Translations under genes and position numbers: made by a program
The notes under the pieces: generated by a model
The model's database searches: none
What the model saw: the letters and a program-made list of their open reading frames with translations, nothing else
What the model was told of the DNA's origin: nothing
Assembly: GCA_036741355.1 (NCBI GenBank)
Contig: DAINSK010000001.1
Location: 19,047 to 83,046 of the forward strand
Source of the DNA: Chloroflexota bacterium
GTDB lineage: Bacteria > Chloroflexota > Dehalococcoidia > CAUJGQ01
Length of the DNA: 64,000 nucleotides
Direction: 5' to 3'
In this document: piece by piece, positions 1 to 10,297 of the stretch
Layout of the letters: each line of letters opens with the position of its first letter
How positions within the stretch are numbered: the stretch's first letter is position 1

Positions 1-265
1 ACGTTCCGGACGAGTCGCCGCCGGTACCGCACGTGTCGATCAAGGGCCCGGCGCGCTCAACGCGCAGCGCCCGCTCCCGCATCACGCGCGCCATGCCGGT
101 GATCTCGTCCGCCGTCTCGCCCCGCAGTCGGAGCGCTGCAAGAAAGGCGCCGAGCTGCGCGGGCGTCGTTTCGCCCGACATGACTTCGGACATCACCTCG
201 GCGGCTTCGTCTTCAGTCAGGTGTCGATCCTGATTGATCAGTGCGTCCAGCGCTTCGCGGATCAT
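1..265 (-). CDS. trpD: Anthranilate phosphoribosyltransferase TrpD, N-terminal part (gene runs off the window start).
   Basis: Reverse-strand translation from the ATG at 263-265 gives MIREALDALINQDRHLTEDEAAEVMSEVMSGETTPAQLGAFLAALRLRGETADEITGMARVMRE...DTCGTGGDSSGT, typical of a TrpD N-terminus. The start overlaps the trpG stop in ATGA fashion. Confidence 0.7.
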   Translation of the reverse strand, partial: MIREALDALINQDRHLTEDEAAEVMSEVMSGETTPAQLGAFLAALRLRGETADEITGMARVMRERALRVERAGPLIDTCGTGGDSSGT

Positions 266-891
266 GACGGGTCTCCTTCGCCGGTCGCTGAGGCAGCGGC
301 GGCCCGCGGCTCACGCATAGATAGGAAGTTGCGCAAAAGGTCCTTTCCATGCGGCGTCATGATCGACTCCGGATGGAACTGGATCCCTTCGACCGCGTAC
401 TGCCGGTGACGTACGCCCATGATTACGCCGCTTTCGCTACGCGCCGTAACCTCGAGCTCGTCCGGCAAACTTGCCGGCTGCACGGCGAGCGAATGGTATC
501 GGATCGCGTCAAACGGTTCTGGCAGACCGGCAAAGACGCCGCGGCCGTCGTGGCTGATCTGCGACAACTTGCCGTGCTTGATCTCCCCGGCGCCGCTGAC
601 CTCGCCTCCGAACGCCTCGCCGATGCACTGGTGGCCAAGGCACACGCCAAGCAGCGGAACACGGCCGGCGAAGTGGCGCACAAGTTCAACGCTGATACCG
701 GCATCAGCCGGCCTACCCGGGCCAGGCGAAATCACGATCTGGTCGGCCGCCATCGCCTCCACTTCACCGACCGTAACGGCGTCGTTGCGCACCACTTTCA
801 CCTCAGCGCCAAGCTCGCAGAGGTACTGGTACAGGTTGTAAGTAAAGCTGTCGTAGTTATCCACGAGCACAAGCATGTCTCTCTTCTCCAA
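262..891 (-). CDS. trpG: Anthranilate synthase component II / glutamine amidotransferase (TrpG/PabA type).
   Basis: The ORF carries a class-I GATase fold with MLVLVDNYDSFTYNLYQYL, the catalytic Cys region GVCLGHQCIGEAFGG, and GIQFHPES. The ORF-track start at 891 is TTG; an internal ATG at 874-876 (MLVLVDNYDSF) is the more canonical start. Confidence 0.85.
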   Translation of the reverse strand: MEKRDMLVLVDNYDSFTYNLYQYLCELGAEVKVVRNDAVTVGEVEAMAADQIVISPGPGRPADAGISVELVRHFAGRVPLLGVCLGHQCIGEAFGGEVSGAGEIKHGKLSQISHDGRGVFAGLPEPFDAIRYHSLAVQPASLPDELEVTARSESGVIMGVRHRQYAVEGIQFHPESIMTPHGKDLLRNFLSMREPRAAAASATGEGDPS

Positions 892-907
892 CCTCCAGCC
901 GATGCGC

Positions 908-1876
908 TCATTGAACCCGTGCGTCGCCCAACTGCTCCAGGATCAGCCGCGCCGTTTCGTCGGGCATGAGCCCTGTACTGTCGATGCGCAGGCCTCGGAT
1001 TTCACCGTTGAAGCTGAATATTCCGTGGAGCTCTCGGCTGCGTACACCCATTTGCTGATCCCATGAGCGCGCCTGATCCCGGCGACCCACTTCTTCGACC
1101 TGCGGGAGCAAGGTGACGAAGTAGATTTCGGCCCCTTCCAGTTGCTGGAGGAAATCATCCAGTTCTGACGGCTGCTCGAAGACGCCTTCCACCAAGGCGT
1201 CATATCCGGCGGCAGTGAAGTTACGCGACAGTGCGGCGGCGTTTGATACCGCCAGCGAGTAGTGTCTGTAGCTCGCCTGCCGATCGCCGCCTTCCCAGTG
1301 CGGAACGGGGGCGCCGGTACGCACCATATCCGTCAACGCATCGAGCTGAATCAACGCGGCACGGTCCAGCAATCCGCCGATCGCCTCGGCGACAGTCGAT
1401 TTGCCCGCTCCCGCCGGTCCCGTGATCACGATGACCCTGCCAGACGCCACCCCGAATTGGTGCATCGGGCCGCCCGATGGCACGAGTCCAAACGCGGTGG
1501 AGAGCGCATCGACCAGATCGCCGGGTAGTTGCAGCGATCCGAGCGCCTCCAGCGGCACCCAAACGAGAAGGCTACCGCCCGCGGTCTGGTCGAATGGTGT
1601 TCCGTTCCACTCCGTGACCATCTGCAGGTTGTTCAGTCGTACCTCCGAGCTACCGGGAGCGCGCTCGTACAGGGTATCGACGAACTCTTGCTCGTTTGCT
1701 TCGATGCCCGCGTGTTCACGAAGCTGTCTGGCCAACGACTCTTCGATCGAGTCCTCACCATCGCCGAAAGCGAAGCGCGGCAGTGAGTACGTCGCCGACG
1801 CAAGCGGCTCGCCGTCCACCTCGAATAGGACCGACGTTCCGTCACTCACCACCGCGGAGATGAAAATTGCCGGCAT
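908..1876 (-). CDS. Uncharacterised two-domain protein: a ~150-aa N-terminal domain of unknown fold fused to a C-terminal P-loop NTPase/kinase-like domain (AAA_33 / small-molecule-kinase-like).
   Basis: Walker A motif VIVITGPAGAGKSTVAEAIGG, with downstream Asp-containing motifs LIQLDALTD and DALVEGVF. The start codon overlaps the trpE stop (ATGA), and the gene ends 17 nt before trpG, so it is co-transcribed within the trp operon. Confidence 0.55.
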   Translation of the reverse strand: MPAIFISAVVSDGTSVLFEVDGEPLASATYSLPRFAFGDGEDSIEESLARQLREHAGIEANEQEFVDTLYERAPGSSEVRLNNLQMVTEWNGTPFDQTAGGSLLVWVPLEALGSLQLPGDLVDALSTAFGLVPSGGPMHQFGVASGRVIVITGPAGAGKSTVAEAIGGLLDRAALIQLDALTDMVRTGAPVPHWEGGDRQASYRHYSLAVSNAAALSRNFTAAGYDALVEGVFEQPSELDDFLQQLEGAEIYFVTLLPQVEEVGRRDQARSWDQQMGVRSRELHGIFSFNGEIRGLRIDSTGLMPDETARLILEQLGDARVQ

Positions 1877-3351
1877 CAGTATCCCAGACTCCCGGCAGGC
1901 TGAGACTCCAAAGACTGTTCGGCAAGATCAATCGCACGCAGCAGCGCCCGCGCCTTGCTGAGGCTCTCCTGGTACTCGGAGCTCGGGTCGCTGTCGTAGA
2001 CGATGCCGCCACCTGCCTGAACGTGCGCGACGCCGTCTTTCATGACCAGCGTGCGGATGGTTATGCAGGTATCAAGGTTGCCGTTAAAGCTGAAGCAGCC
2101 GATGGCGCCCGCGTAGGGACCACGACGGTCGGGTTCCAGCTCTGCGATGATCTCCATCGCGCGTATTTTCGGAGCACCCGATACCGTGCCTGCCGGAAAG
2201 CAGGCACGAAGCGCGTCGTATGGCGTAACGTCATCGCGCAGACGGCCGCTGACGTGCGAGACCAGGTGCATCACGTGTGAGTAGCGCTCGATCTCAAACA
2301 TCTGCGGCACACGCACCGTACCGGGCTGGGCCACCCTTCCGATGTCGTTTCGGCCCAGGTCAAGCAACATCGTATGCTCGGCCAGCTCTTTCTCATCATG
2401 GCGCAGCTCCTGTTCAAACCGCTGATCTTCGTCCAGGTCGCGACCTCGTGGCCGCGTTCCCGCGATCGGGTGCGTCTCGACCAGGCCGTCTTCGACCCGC
2501 ACCAGCATTTCGGGCGAAGCGCCGACGATCTCGAAGTCACCCAGCTCGAGGTAGTACATGTAGGGCGAGGGGTTGACCTGGCGCAGCGCCCGGTAGATCT
2601 CGAACGCGGGCGCCTCTGTGCGCCGCGACAGTCGCTGCGACAGCACCGCCTGAATGACGTCGCCTTTGACGATGTACTCTTTCGCCGCAACCACGTTGTC
2701 GAGGAACCCTTCACGCCCAGTGTTCGACTCCACGCGGCCGTTGCCGCTGTGCAGAACACTGCTATGCGGGCTGTAATGAAGGGGCTCTTTCAACCGTTTC
2801 GCGAGCTCGTCGATCTTGAACATCGCCAGCCGGTATGCCGCCTCGACGTCGCCGTCCAGCCGCACATGGCTCACCACTTTGATCCGATGGCGCAGGTGGT
2901 CGAACACCAGGATCGTGTCGGTGAACAGCAAGATCGACTCGGGCACCCCCAGCGGATCGGGGTCGGGCGCCGGCAGTCGCTCGAAGTAGCGGGCGACTTC
3001 ATACGACAAATAGCCAACAGCGCCGCCGTGGAATGGAGGCAGATCGCCGACCGGTATCACCTGGAAGCGGCTGATCTCCTCCTCCAAAGCGCGGAGTGGA
3101 TCGACTTCCGCGCCTTGGTCGGGGCCGGTCCGCACTATCCGGTACGGTTCGGTGCCAATGAAGGAGTAGCGCGAGAGCCGCTCGCCTCCCTCCACGCTCT
3201 CCAGCAGGAACGAGTGGGCGCCACGCTTCACTTTCAGGAACGCCGACACGGGAGTGTCGAGGTCGGCGACAACTTCGCGATAGACCGGCACCACGTTACC
3301 AGTGCCGCTTGCCGCCAGCTCTTTTACGTCCTCTAATGATGGGAAGTACAT
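1876..3351 (-). CDS. trpE: Anthranilate synthase component I.
   Basis: 491 aa with chorismate-binding family motifs [56 protein letters not shown] and [28 protein letters not shown]. An RBS (GAAGGGGA) precedes the ATG at 3349-3351. Confidence 0.9.
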   Translation of the reverse strand: MYFPSLEDVKELAASGTGNVVPVYREVVADLDTPVSAFLKVKRGAHSFLLESVEGGERLSRYSFIGTEPYRIVRTGPDQGAEVDPLRALEEEISRFQVIPVGDLPPFHGGAVGYLSYEVARYFERLPAPDPDPLGVPESILLFTDTILVFDHLRHRIKVVSHVRLDGDVEAAYRLAMFKIDELAKRLKEPLHYSPHSSVLHSGNGRVESNTGREGFLDNVVAAKEYIVKGDVIQAVLSQRLSRRTEAPAFEIYRALRQVNPSPYMYYLELGDFEIVGASPEMLVRVEDGLVETHPIAGTRPRGRDLDEDQRFEQELRHDEKELAEHTMLLDLGRNDIGRVAQPGTVRVPQMFEIERYSHVMHLVSHVSGRLRDDVTPYDALRACFPAGTVSGAPKIRAMEIIAELEPDRRGPYAGAIGCFSFNGNLDTCITIRTLVMKDGVAHVQAGGGIVYDSDPSSEYQESLSKARALLRAIDLAEQSLESQPAGSLGY

Positions 3352-3365
3352 GGCGATTCCCCTTC

Positions 3366-3715
3366 ATTGCAAACCGGCCGAAACCGGGACAACAAAAAAC
3401 CCCTACCCATATATAGGGGCGAGGGGTTCTCGCGGTGCCACCCTAGTTGCACGCGCTCGCGCGCAGCATCTCTGCTTCAGGTACGTCCACTCGTGGGCGG
3501 AGATACCTTGGGCTCTGCTAACGGTGCCCACTCCGGTGGCGCCTACTCCCCATTGGGGGTTTCGGGCCACGGCTACCGGGTCCATTCCCGCCGTCTAAAC
3601 GGAGCCCGTCTACCAGACGGAACCGCTGCGCTGGCGCCGGCTCTCACCTTACCCGGCTCTCTGGGCCACGCTTGCGGCGTACTAGTCCCGATCACTGCCA
3701 TGATTATGCGGTTGT
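3366..3715 (-). promoter_or_regulatory. T-box riboswitch leader, tryptophan specifier, controlling the trpE-X-trpG-trpD operon.
   Basis: On the minus strand the conserved T-box sequence AACUAGGGUGGCACCGCGAG (plus 3429-3448) closely matches the consensus AAUUAGGGUGGNACCGCG. An F-box CCGUUA sits at plus 3519-3524, and a specifier-loop candidate gaaUGGAcc contains the Trp codon UGG (plus 3582-3584). The terminator hairpin follows immediately. Confidence 0.75.
3391..3426 (-). terminator. Intrinsic terminator of the T-box leader (alternative to the antiterminator).
   Basis: Minus-strand sequence CCCCUCGCCCCUAuauaugGGUAGGGG followed by UUUUUUGUU, lying between the T-box motif and the trpE RBS. Confidence 0.65.
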
Positions 3716-3722
3716 GCTAACT

Positions 3723-3752
3723 ATGGTAGCGGAGTGGCGCCGACGCTGTCAA
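3723..3752 (-). promoter_or_regulatory. Sigma70-like promoter for the T-box leader.
   Basis: On the minus strand, -35 TTGACA (plus 3747-3752), an 18-nt spacer, and -10 TACCAT (plus 3723-3728). The predicted TSS is about 7 nt downstream, which is consistent with where the leader begins. Confidence 0.4.
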
Positions 3753-3942
3753 ACACGTATGGCCATCTGCGGCACAGCTAAACCGCTATCATGTCTGCTC
3801 ATGCCGTCTCATACTCAGTTAAGCTTGGAAGGCTACGCTGTTTAAGCCGAGTTAACAACTGTAACCTGCTAAAACGGTAGGCTTGCAATAGTATGCGTGG
3901 ACTCAGGCGCCTTTCCGCGGGCCGGCTGGAACGAACCGAAGA

Positions 3943-4728
3943 ATGATCAAACTCAATGACGTCACCAAGCGCTACCTGATGGGCGATGTGACCGTCGACG
4001 CACTACGCGGGGTAACGCTGGAGATCGACGACGGCGAATTCGTCGCCATCATGGGCCCCTCCGGGTCGGGCAAGTCCACGCTAATGAACATTGTCGGCTG
4101 CCTCGACACGCCGACATCGGGGTCCTATGAGCTGGACGCCATCGAAGTCAGCCGCATGACGGACGACCAATTGGCGGTGATCCGCAACCGCAAGATCGGC
4201 TTCGTATTTCAGTCGTTCAACCTATTGCCCCGCGTGGAAGCGATCAAACAAGTCGAGCTGCCGCTCATGTACGCTGGTGTGCGCGATCGCCGGAGGATGG
4301 CGTTGGACGCGCTCGAAGCCGTCGGGCTCGGCGACCGCGTCCATCACCGCCCGAGGGAGCTCTCCGGAGGACAGCAGCAGCGGGTGGCTATTGCTCGCGC
4401 CCTGGTCGGCGAACCCACGCTCATCCTCGCTGACGAGCCGACTGGCGCCCTCGACACGCGATCCAGCGAAGAGATTATGACCCTGTTTCAACGACTGAAC
4501 GAAGACCGCGGTATCACCGTCTTGTTCGTCACGCATGAGGCGGACGTTGCCGCCTACACCAACCGCACGCTTACAATCCGCGATGGCCTGATCGTGCGCG
4601 ACGGACCCAGTCCCAAGCGTTCCGAGGCGCTTCCGGATGAACACGAGCACCTCGGCCATCTCAGTCCAGTACAGCAGCACGACAACGGCGCGGTGCCGAT
4701 CGAGACGCCGGTACCGGTGGAAGGATAG
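3943..4728 (+). CDS. ABC transporter ATP-binding protein, MacB/LolD/FtsE-type.
   Basis: Walker [10 protein letters not shown], the ABC signature [15 protein letters not shown], Walker [12 protein letters not shown], and an N-terminus typical of MacB-like ATPases. The ATG is at 3943. Confidence 0.9.
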   Translation: MIKLNDVTKRYLMGDVTVDALRGVTLEIDDGEFVAIMGPSGSGKSTLMNIVGCLDTPTSGSYELDAIEVSRMTDDQLAVIRNRKIGFVFQSFNLLPRVEAIKQVELPLMYAGVRDRRRMALDALEAVGLGDRVHHRPRELSGGQQQRVAIARALVGEPTLILADEPTGALDTRSSEEIMTLFQRLNEDRGITVLFVTHEADVAAYTNRTLTIRDGLIVRDGPSPKRSEALPDEHEHLGHLSPVQQHDNGAVPIETPVPVEG

Positions 4729-4731
4729 CGA

Positions 4732-5988
<1,257 letters not shown>

Positions 5989-6057
5989 TTGAGTTATCCC
6001 TCGCCCGGCGCCGTCTGAGGCGGCGCCGATCTCACTCTCGCGTAGGAGCACAACCCC

Positions 6058-6603
6058 GTGAAAACCGGTTTTCCCCTGCTGGTAGCAGTCTTTCTGGTCC
6101 TGGGGGTCGGCGGCGGCGCGGCCTTCGGGGGCGGCGTCTTATACGGCCGTAATTCGGCGCCCACGGCGAAAGTTACGCCTCCGGCCGCGGCCGGAGGCGC
6201 TGCCGCACTCGCCGGCCCCGGCGCTGGCGGCGCCACCACCGGTGGGACGCCTGCAGCCGGTGGACGCGGGGGGTTGGGGGGCACTGCCGGCGCGGTCGAC
6301 TCTCTCAATGGCAACGTGCTTACGGTCCGCACCCAGACGGGAACTACGTCAACCGTCAACCTGACGGCCAGCACGCGTATCCTGAGCACGCTCGACGCGA
6401 CGCGCAACGACCTCAAGCCCGGTACCAACGTGACCGTGATCGGGCAGGCGGATCAGAGCGGGACGATCAACGCCACCGCCGTTACCATCACGCCATCCGG
6501 CATCAACGGCGGCATAGCGGGAACACCCGGCGCCGCCGGTCAGGGAACTCCAGGGGCCCGCGGCGGTCGTTCCGCAACGCCGGCAGCGGGAGCAACTCCG
6601 TAG
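6058..6603 (+). CDS. Secreted Gly/Ala/Thr-rich protein with a small beta-rich domain (DUF5666-like), a possible partner of the ABC exporter.
   Basis: An N-terminal TM/signal sequence (LLVAVFLVLGVGGG), long G/A/T low-complexity stretches, and a central block NGNVLTVRTQTGTTSTVNLTASTRILSTLDATRNDLKPGTNVTVIGQADQSGTINATAVTI. The DUF5666 assignment is from memory of the family. Confidence 0.5.
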   Translation: MKTGFPLLVAVFLVLGVGGGAAFGGGVLYGRNSAPTAKVTPPAAAGGAAALAGPGAGGATTGGTPAAGGRGGLGGTAGAVDSLNGNVLTVRTQTGTTSTVNLTASTRILSTLDATRNDLKPGTNVTVIGQADQSGTINATAVTITPSGINGGIAGTPGAAGQGTPGARGGRSATPAAGATP

Positions 6604-7214
6604 GCGCACCTAATTTCCCGCCATACCGATGGTCGGGGAGGCGCCGCGAGCGGAATCTTCAATACCTGTCCAGCCGTAAGTCCCGACGTCATCGATGTGC
6701 CGTGTGTCGCCGCGAGGTCTGAGAACGGCACGTGGAAGCGCGCTGCCGGCGCTGACAGGCAGTCGCCGGCCCGGACCGTGAAGTTTTCCGTAAAGGGGGT
6801 TCCCGTCGCCGCAGGCGACGGCGTCGGCGCCAATGTCGCGATCGGTGTTGGCGTCCTTCCGGCATCCGGCTCAACCGAAAGCGGGTTGCCCACGACTGCC
6901 CCCACTGCCACGCCACCGACGATCACTGCGACAATAATTGCCACAGCCGACAGAGGCCAGTTGCGACTCCGCGAGCCGGCCGCAGCGGCGGCGGGCTCCT
7001 GTCCGGCCGCAATAAATGGTTGAAACCGGCTGCAGTCCGCGTGTCGGGTCTGAAGGCAGAAAACGACCTGGTGCTGTTGCGAAACGACGGAAGGCGCGTC
7101 CGTGCTGTAGCAGCGATGTTCGGCGGTCGCAACCAATGCCCGCGAATACGGGTCGTCCACAAAAGCGAGGAACGGACACAGCTGGGATGGATCCGCGACC
7201 AGCGGTTCAACCAC
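6540..7214 (-). CDS. Membrane-anchored LysM domain protein.
   Basis: A TM segment (LSAVAIIVAVIVGGVAVGAVV), a Pro/Thr linker, and a C-terminal LysM-like block FTVRAGDCLSAPAARFHVPFSDLAATHGTSMTSGLTAGQVLKIPL. Its 3' end overlaps the convergent gene at 6058-6603 by 64 nt, and the true start is uncertain. Confidence 0.55.
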   Translation of the reverse strand: MVEPLVADPSQLCPFLAFVDDPYSRALVATAEHRCYSTDAPSVVSQQHQVVFCLQTRHADCSRFQPFIAAGQEPAAAAAGSRSRNWPLSAVAIIVAVIVGGVAVGAVVGNPLSVEPDAGRTPTPIATLAPTPSPAATGTPFTENFTVRAGDCLSAPAARFHVPFSDLAATHGTSMTSGLTAGQVLKIPLAAPPRPSVWREIRCAYGVAPAAGVAERPPRAPGVP

Positions 7215-7253
7215 GCCCCGCGATGCCTTTCGTCGGATCGCAACGTGTTGACG

Positions 7254-7697
7254 TCATGTCGCCGGCGTGCCGGGTACGTGCTCGACCGGCGTCCCGTCCA
7301 GCCAGACGCTGCCGTCCGCCCAGTGCTCTTTCTTCCAGATCGGTACGGTCTGTTTGATGCGATCGACCGCGGCCTCGCAGGCCGCGAAGGCATTGGCGCG
7401 GTGTGCCGAGGACACGGCCACCAGCAGACTCGTTTCGCCGATTTCCAACCTGCCGAAACGGTGGGCTACGGCGATGCCGTCGATCGCGTAACCAGACCGG
7501 ATCTCTTCCGCTACGGTGCGCAACTGTCGCTCGGCCAGCTCTAGATAGGCGTCATATTCCAGGAACAGCACCTGCCGTCCTTCGTTGTGATCTCGCACCA
7601 CACCGTAGAACAGGGTAACTGCCCCGCTGGCCGGTGTTGAAACCGCTTCAACAAGTGGCGCGGCATCGAGCTTCTCATCGGTGAGTTGAATTAACAA
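7254..7697 (-). CDS. moaE: Molybdopterin synthase catalytic subunit.
   Basis: MoaE fold over 147 aa, with VTLFYGVVRDHNEGRQVLFLEYDAYLELAERQL and VPIWKKEHWADGSVW. Confidence 0.85.
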   Translation of the reverse strand: MLIQLTDEKLDAAPLVEAVSTPASGAVTLFYGVVRDHNEGRQVLFLEYDAYLELAERQLRTVAEEIRSGYAIDGIAVAHRFGRLEIGETSLLVAVSSAHRANAFAACEAAVDRIKQTVPIWKKEHWADGSVWLDGTPVEHVPGTPAT

Positions 7698-7710
7698 CGA
7701 TTACTCCGAA

Positions 7711-7956
7711 TCAGCCGCCGCTTACCGGAGGGATGAGCGCGACCTCGTCTTCGTCATGTAGCACCCGGCCCGCGTCGGTGTACTCGGCGTTGACCGCCAG
7801 CGCCGCCCGGTCGCAGAGCCCTCGGACCTTCGGGAAGCGTTCTGCGAGCTGATAGCGCACGTCAGCGGCGCGGGATCCGGGCTCGAGTTCGAGGGTCAGC
7901 GACCGGGCTCCAGCGGCCTCGGCCAGGGCAGCAAACAGGCGGACGGTGATGCGCAT
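7711..7956 (-). CDS. moaD: Molybdopterin synthase sulfur-carrier subunit.
   Basis: 81 aa with a ThiS/MoaD fold that ends in the diglycine ...IPPVSGG. It lies immediately upstream of moaE. Confidence 0.8.
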   Translation of the reverse strand: MRITVRLFAALAEAAGARSLTLELEPGSRAADVRYQLAERFPKVRGLCDRAALAVNAEYTDAGRVLHDEDEVALIPPVSGG

Positions 7957-8148
7957 GTCAGTGTGTAACTCGCGTTGGACCTGACTGGAACGGTGGCACG
8001 GCGCAGGCTCAGCCTAACACAGTTGCCCTCCAAAGAGGGCCGGTTCCAACCCATCCGTCGTTTGACTGTCCGGGTACGTGTGCTAGAGAATGTAATGGAT
8101 TCGGTCCCTAATCGTCGGCCATCGGTATGGCCTCACCGCAGGAGAAAT

Positions 8149-8691
8149 ATGGATACGAAGGAACTCAACGGCTCGGATCTGTTCTCGACCTGGGCCTTGT
8201 TACATCAATCCTATCTGCTCACTTACAAGTACCTCGATCAGATTGTCTCGCGACTGGGTATCTCACAGGCCCAGGCCTCGGTTCTTCTCGTATTGAAAGG
8301 AGCGGGTCAGCCGCTTCCCCTCTCCAGGTTGGCCCGCTATCTCGTGCAGGAAGCCCAAAGCGTTACGAGCCTTGTGGACCGGCTGGAAGCGCGCGCACTG
8401 GTCCGCCGGGTACCCGACAGCCGCGACCGCCGTGTGATTCACGTCGAGTTGACCCAGGCGGGTGATGAGCTATTCAACCAGATCTTCCCTGCCGCCTGGA
8501 AGGCCTGTCGCGAAGTGTTCGCAGAGCTAGACAGCAAAGAACTGGACGAGCTTGCGCAGCTAACGGCCAAAGTGCGCGACCGCAGCGCACAGCTTCTTGG
8601 GCTCGACCGCGCTCCATATGAAAAGGCCAGCGAGACGCTGCGCTTCAGTCCAGAAGTTTTCAGTCGGGCAGCCGTGGCCAGTGGTCGCTAG
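8149..8691 (+). CDS. MarR family transcriptional regulator.
   Basis: A winged-HTH MarR pattern (LGISQAQASVLLVLKGAGQPLPLSRLARYLVQEAQSVTSLVDRLEARALVRRVPDSRDRRVIHVELTQAG). Starts at the ATG at 8149 with a GGAGA RBS. Confidence 0.8.
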   Translation: MDTKELNGSDLFSTWALLHQSYLLTYKYLDQIVSRLGISQAQASVLLVLKGAGQPLPLSRLARYLVQEAQSVTSLVDRLEARALVRRVPDSRDRRVIHVELTQAGDELFNQIFPAAWKACREVFAELDSKELDELAQLTAKVRDRSAQLLGLDRAPYEKASETLRFSPEVFSRAAVASGR

Positions 8692-8871
8692 GTCCCGGCG
8701 ACCATGACTTCTATGTAGACATAGACCAGGCGCCAGTGCTTGTGCGCCTGCGCGGCACACGATACAAACAGTAACGGAGTTTGCAGGGCCCGCGGCCCCT
8801 GCTTGAGCGAGTATGCCGCGGGCTCCTTTTGTACACTTCTGCCCGCAGCCCATCGCCGTTCCGGAGGTCGC

Positions 8872-9645
8872 ATGGACTCCGTCCTGTATGAACAACATTA
8901 TCGCCTCGAGGACCACCACTGGTGGTTCGTTGGACGTCGGGAACTAGTGCTGCAGGTGATGGCCCGGCACGGCGCCGCTGGACTCGTGCCAATTCTCGAC
9001 CTCGGCTGCGGAACCGGGGGGATGCTGCGACATCTGGCTCAATTTGGAGATGCGGTCGGCCTCGACAGCGCCCCGGAAGCAGCGGCAGGGTGCCGGCAGC
9101 GCGAAGCTCCATTCATACAGGGTTGGGCCACGCGGCTTCCGTTCGCGGACTCTTCGATCGGCACGATCACTGCGCTGGACGTCATCGAGCACGTTCCCGA
9201 CGATACCGGCATCCTGAACGAGATTTTTCGAGTGCTCCGGCCCGGCGGTTTGCTACTGTTGACGGTTCCCGCGTATCAGTTTCTGTGGAGCCAGCACGAC
9301 GTGCTCAACCACCACCAGCGCCGTTACCGGCGGAGGGGGATACGGGACCTGGTTACTCGTTCAGGATTTGACATCGAAAAGCTGAGCTACTACAACACCT
9401 TCCTCTTCCCGGCAGCCGTCGCCCGCAAATCCATCATGCGCTTCAGCCGCAAAGAGGGGCCGGCGTCCCACCTCGACGACGTCTCGGCGCCGCTCAATGC
9501 GATACTCCGGCGCATCCTGTTGTCCGAGCGCTTCGTGGTGAAGCGTTGGAACTTCCCCTTCGGCGCTTCGCTCATCTGCGCCGCCCGCCGTCCGATGGAA
9601 GCTTCGGTTCCATGTGAAGAAGCCCTTGTAGCCGCACTGGGTTGA
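8872..9645 (+). CDS. Class I SAM-dependent methyltransferase.
   Basis: Motif I ILDLGCGTGGM, followed by an acidic motif II (GDAVGLD); starts at the ATG at 8872 with a GGAGG RBS. Confidence 0.8.
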   Translation: MDSVLYEQHYRLEDHHWWFVGRRELVLQVMARHGAAGLVPILDLGCGTGGMLRHLAQFGDAVGLDSAPEAAAGCRQREAPFIQGWATRLPFADSSIGTITALDVIEHVPDDTGILNEIFRVLRPGGLLLLTVPAYQFLWSQHDVLNHHQRRYRRRGIRDLVTRSGFDIEKLSYYNTFLFPAAVARKSIMRFSRKEGPASHLDDVSAPLNAILRRILLSERFVVKRWNFPFGASLICAARRPMEASVPCEEALVAALG

Positions 9646-9715
9646 CGGCAGGCGCCAGCACTGCGATGAGCAAGAGCAGCGAAGGCAGGTCGGGGCCACC
9701 TCGCAGGCTTGAACA

Positions 9716-10237
9716 ATGTTCTCGGCGACACAGTGCTTACAGAAAGCGACCCCCATGCAGGACTCAGCTCGTCCGCCGGCACAGCCGTTGCCGCTACTGG
9801 ATCAAGACCTGGTGGCACGGCTGAAACGCGAAGGCGCGGAAGGCATCATGCCGGTTCCACGACCGGCGCCGCCCGATCGCCAGGAAACGACGTGGTACCG
9901 TCTCGTGACGGCGATCTCGTCCACCTACGTCTACGTCGTCGCCCATACCACGCCTGAGTCATGCCGCTTTGAGATCGATCCGTCCGGCATCGCCCGATGT
10001 TTGCTCTCTGACCAGGTACAGTGGGAACTTCAGTTGCCTGAAGCGGCCTACAGCCAGTTTGAGCTAGTCGTGGCGATGTGGCGTAATGGGGAGTTGTGTC
10101 GCAGCCTCCAGGTGGAAAGCGTTCGCCTAGATGAGCCGCGCCGGCTGAACTCGCGCGTCCTGTCCGTCGGCATCCTGCCAAGCATGAGCCCGAACCGTCG
10201 GACCGAGACCATGGCCCGGCGCACCCGGCGTCGGTAG
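9716..10237 (+). CDS. Hypothetical protein.
   Basis: An ORF with no recognisable motifs in a high-GC coding-like context; the start is uncertain. Confidence 0.3.
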   Translation: MFSATQCLQKATPMQDSARPPAQPLPLLDQDLVARLKREGAEGIMPVPRPAPPDRQETTWYRLVTAISSTYVYVVAHTTPESCRFEIDPSGIARCLLSDQVQWELQLPEAAYSQFELVVAMWRNGELCRSLQVESVRLDEPRRLNSRVLSVGILPSMSPNRRTETMARRTRRR

Positions 10238-10297
10238 CGCCACGACGTTTGGGCTGGGGCTCTTTCCCCGAACTACCTTCATGATCCGACCGACACG

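Noticed and set aside
6058-6603. Gly-rich ORF as a non-coding low-complexity repeat or CRISPR-like array
   Set aside because: No regular repeat-spacer periodicity. It has a clear signal peptide, an in-frame beta-rich domain and a consistent coding frame. The GGC/GCC richness is codon-driven.
7020-7544. 174-aa plus-strand ORF
   Set aside because: It lies antisense across the LysM protein and moaE genes and has no motifs.
9361-9818. Minus-strand ORFs of 131 and 142 aa
   Set aside because: They overlap the 3' end of the methyltransferase gene and the 5' end of the hypothetical gene at 9716-10237 in antisense. They lack an RBS and motifs.
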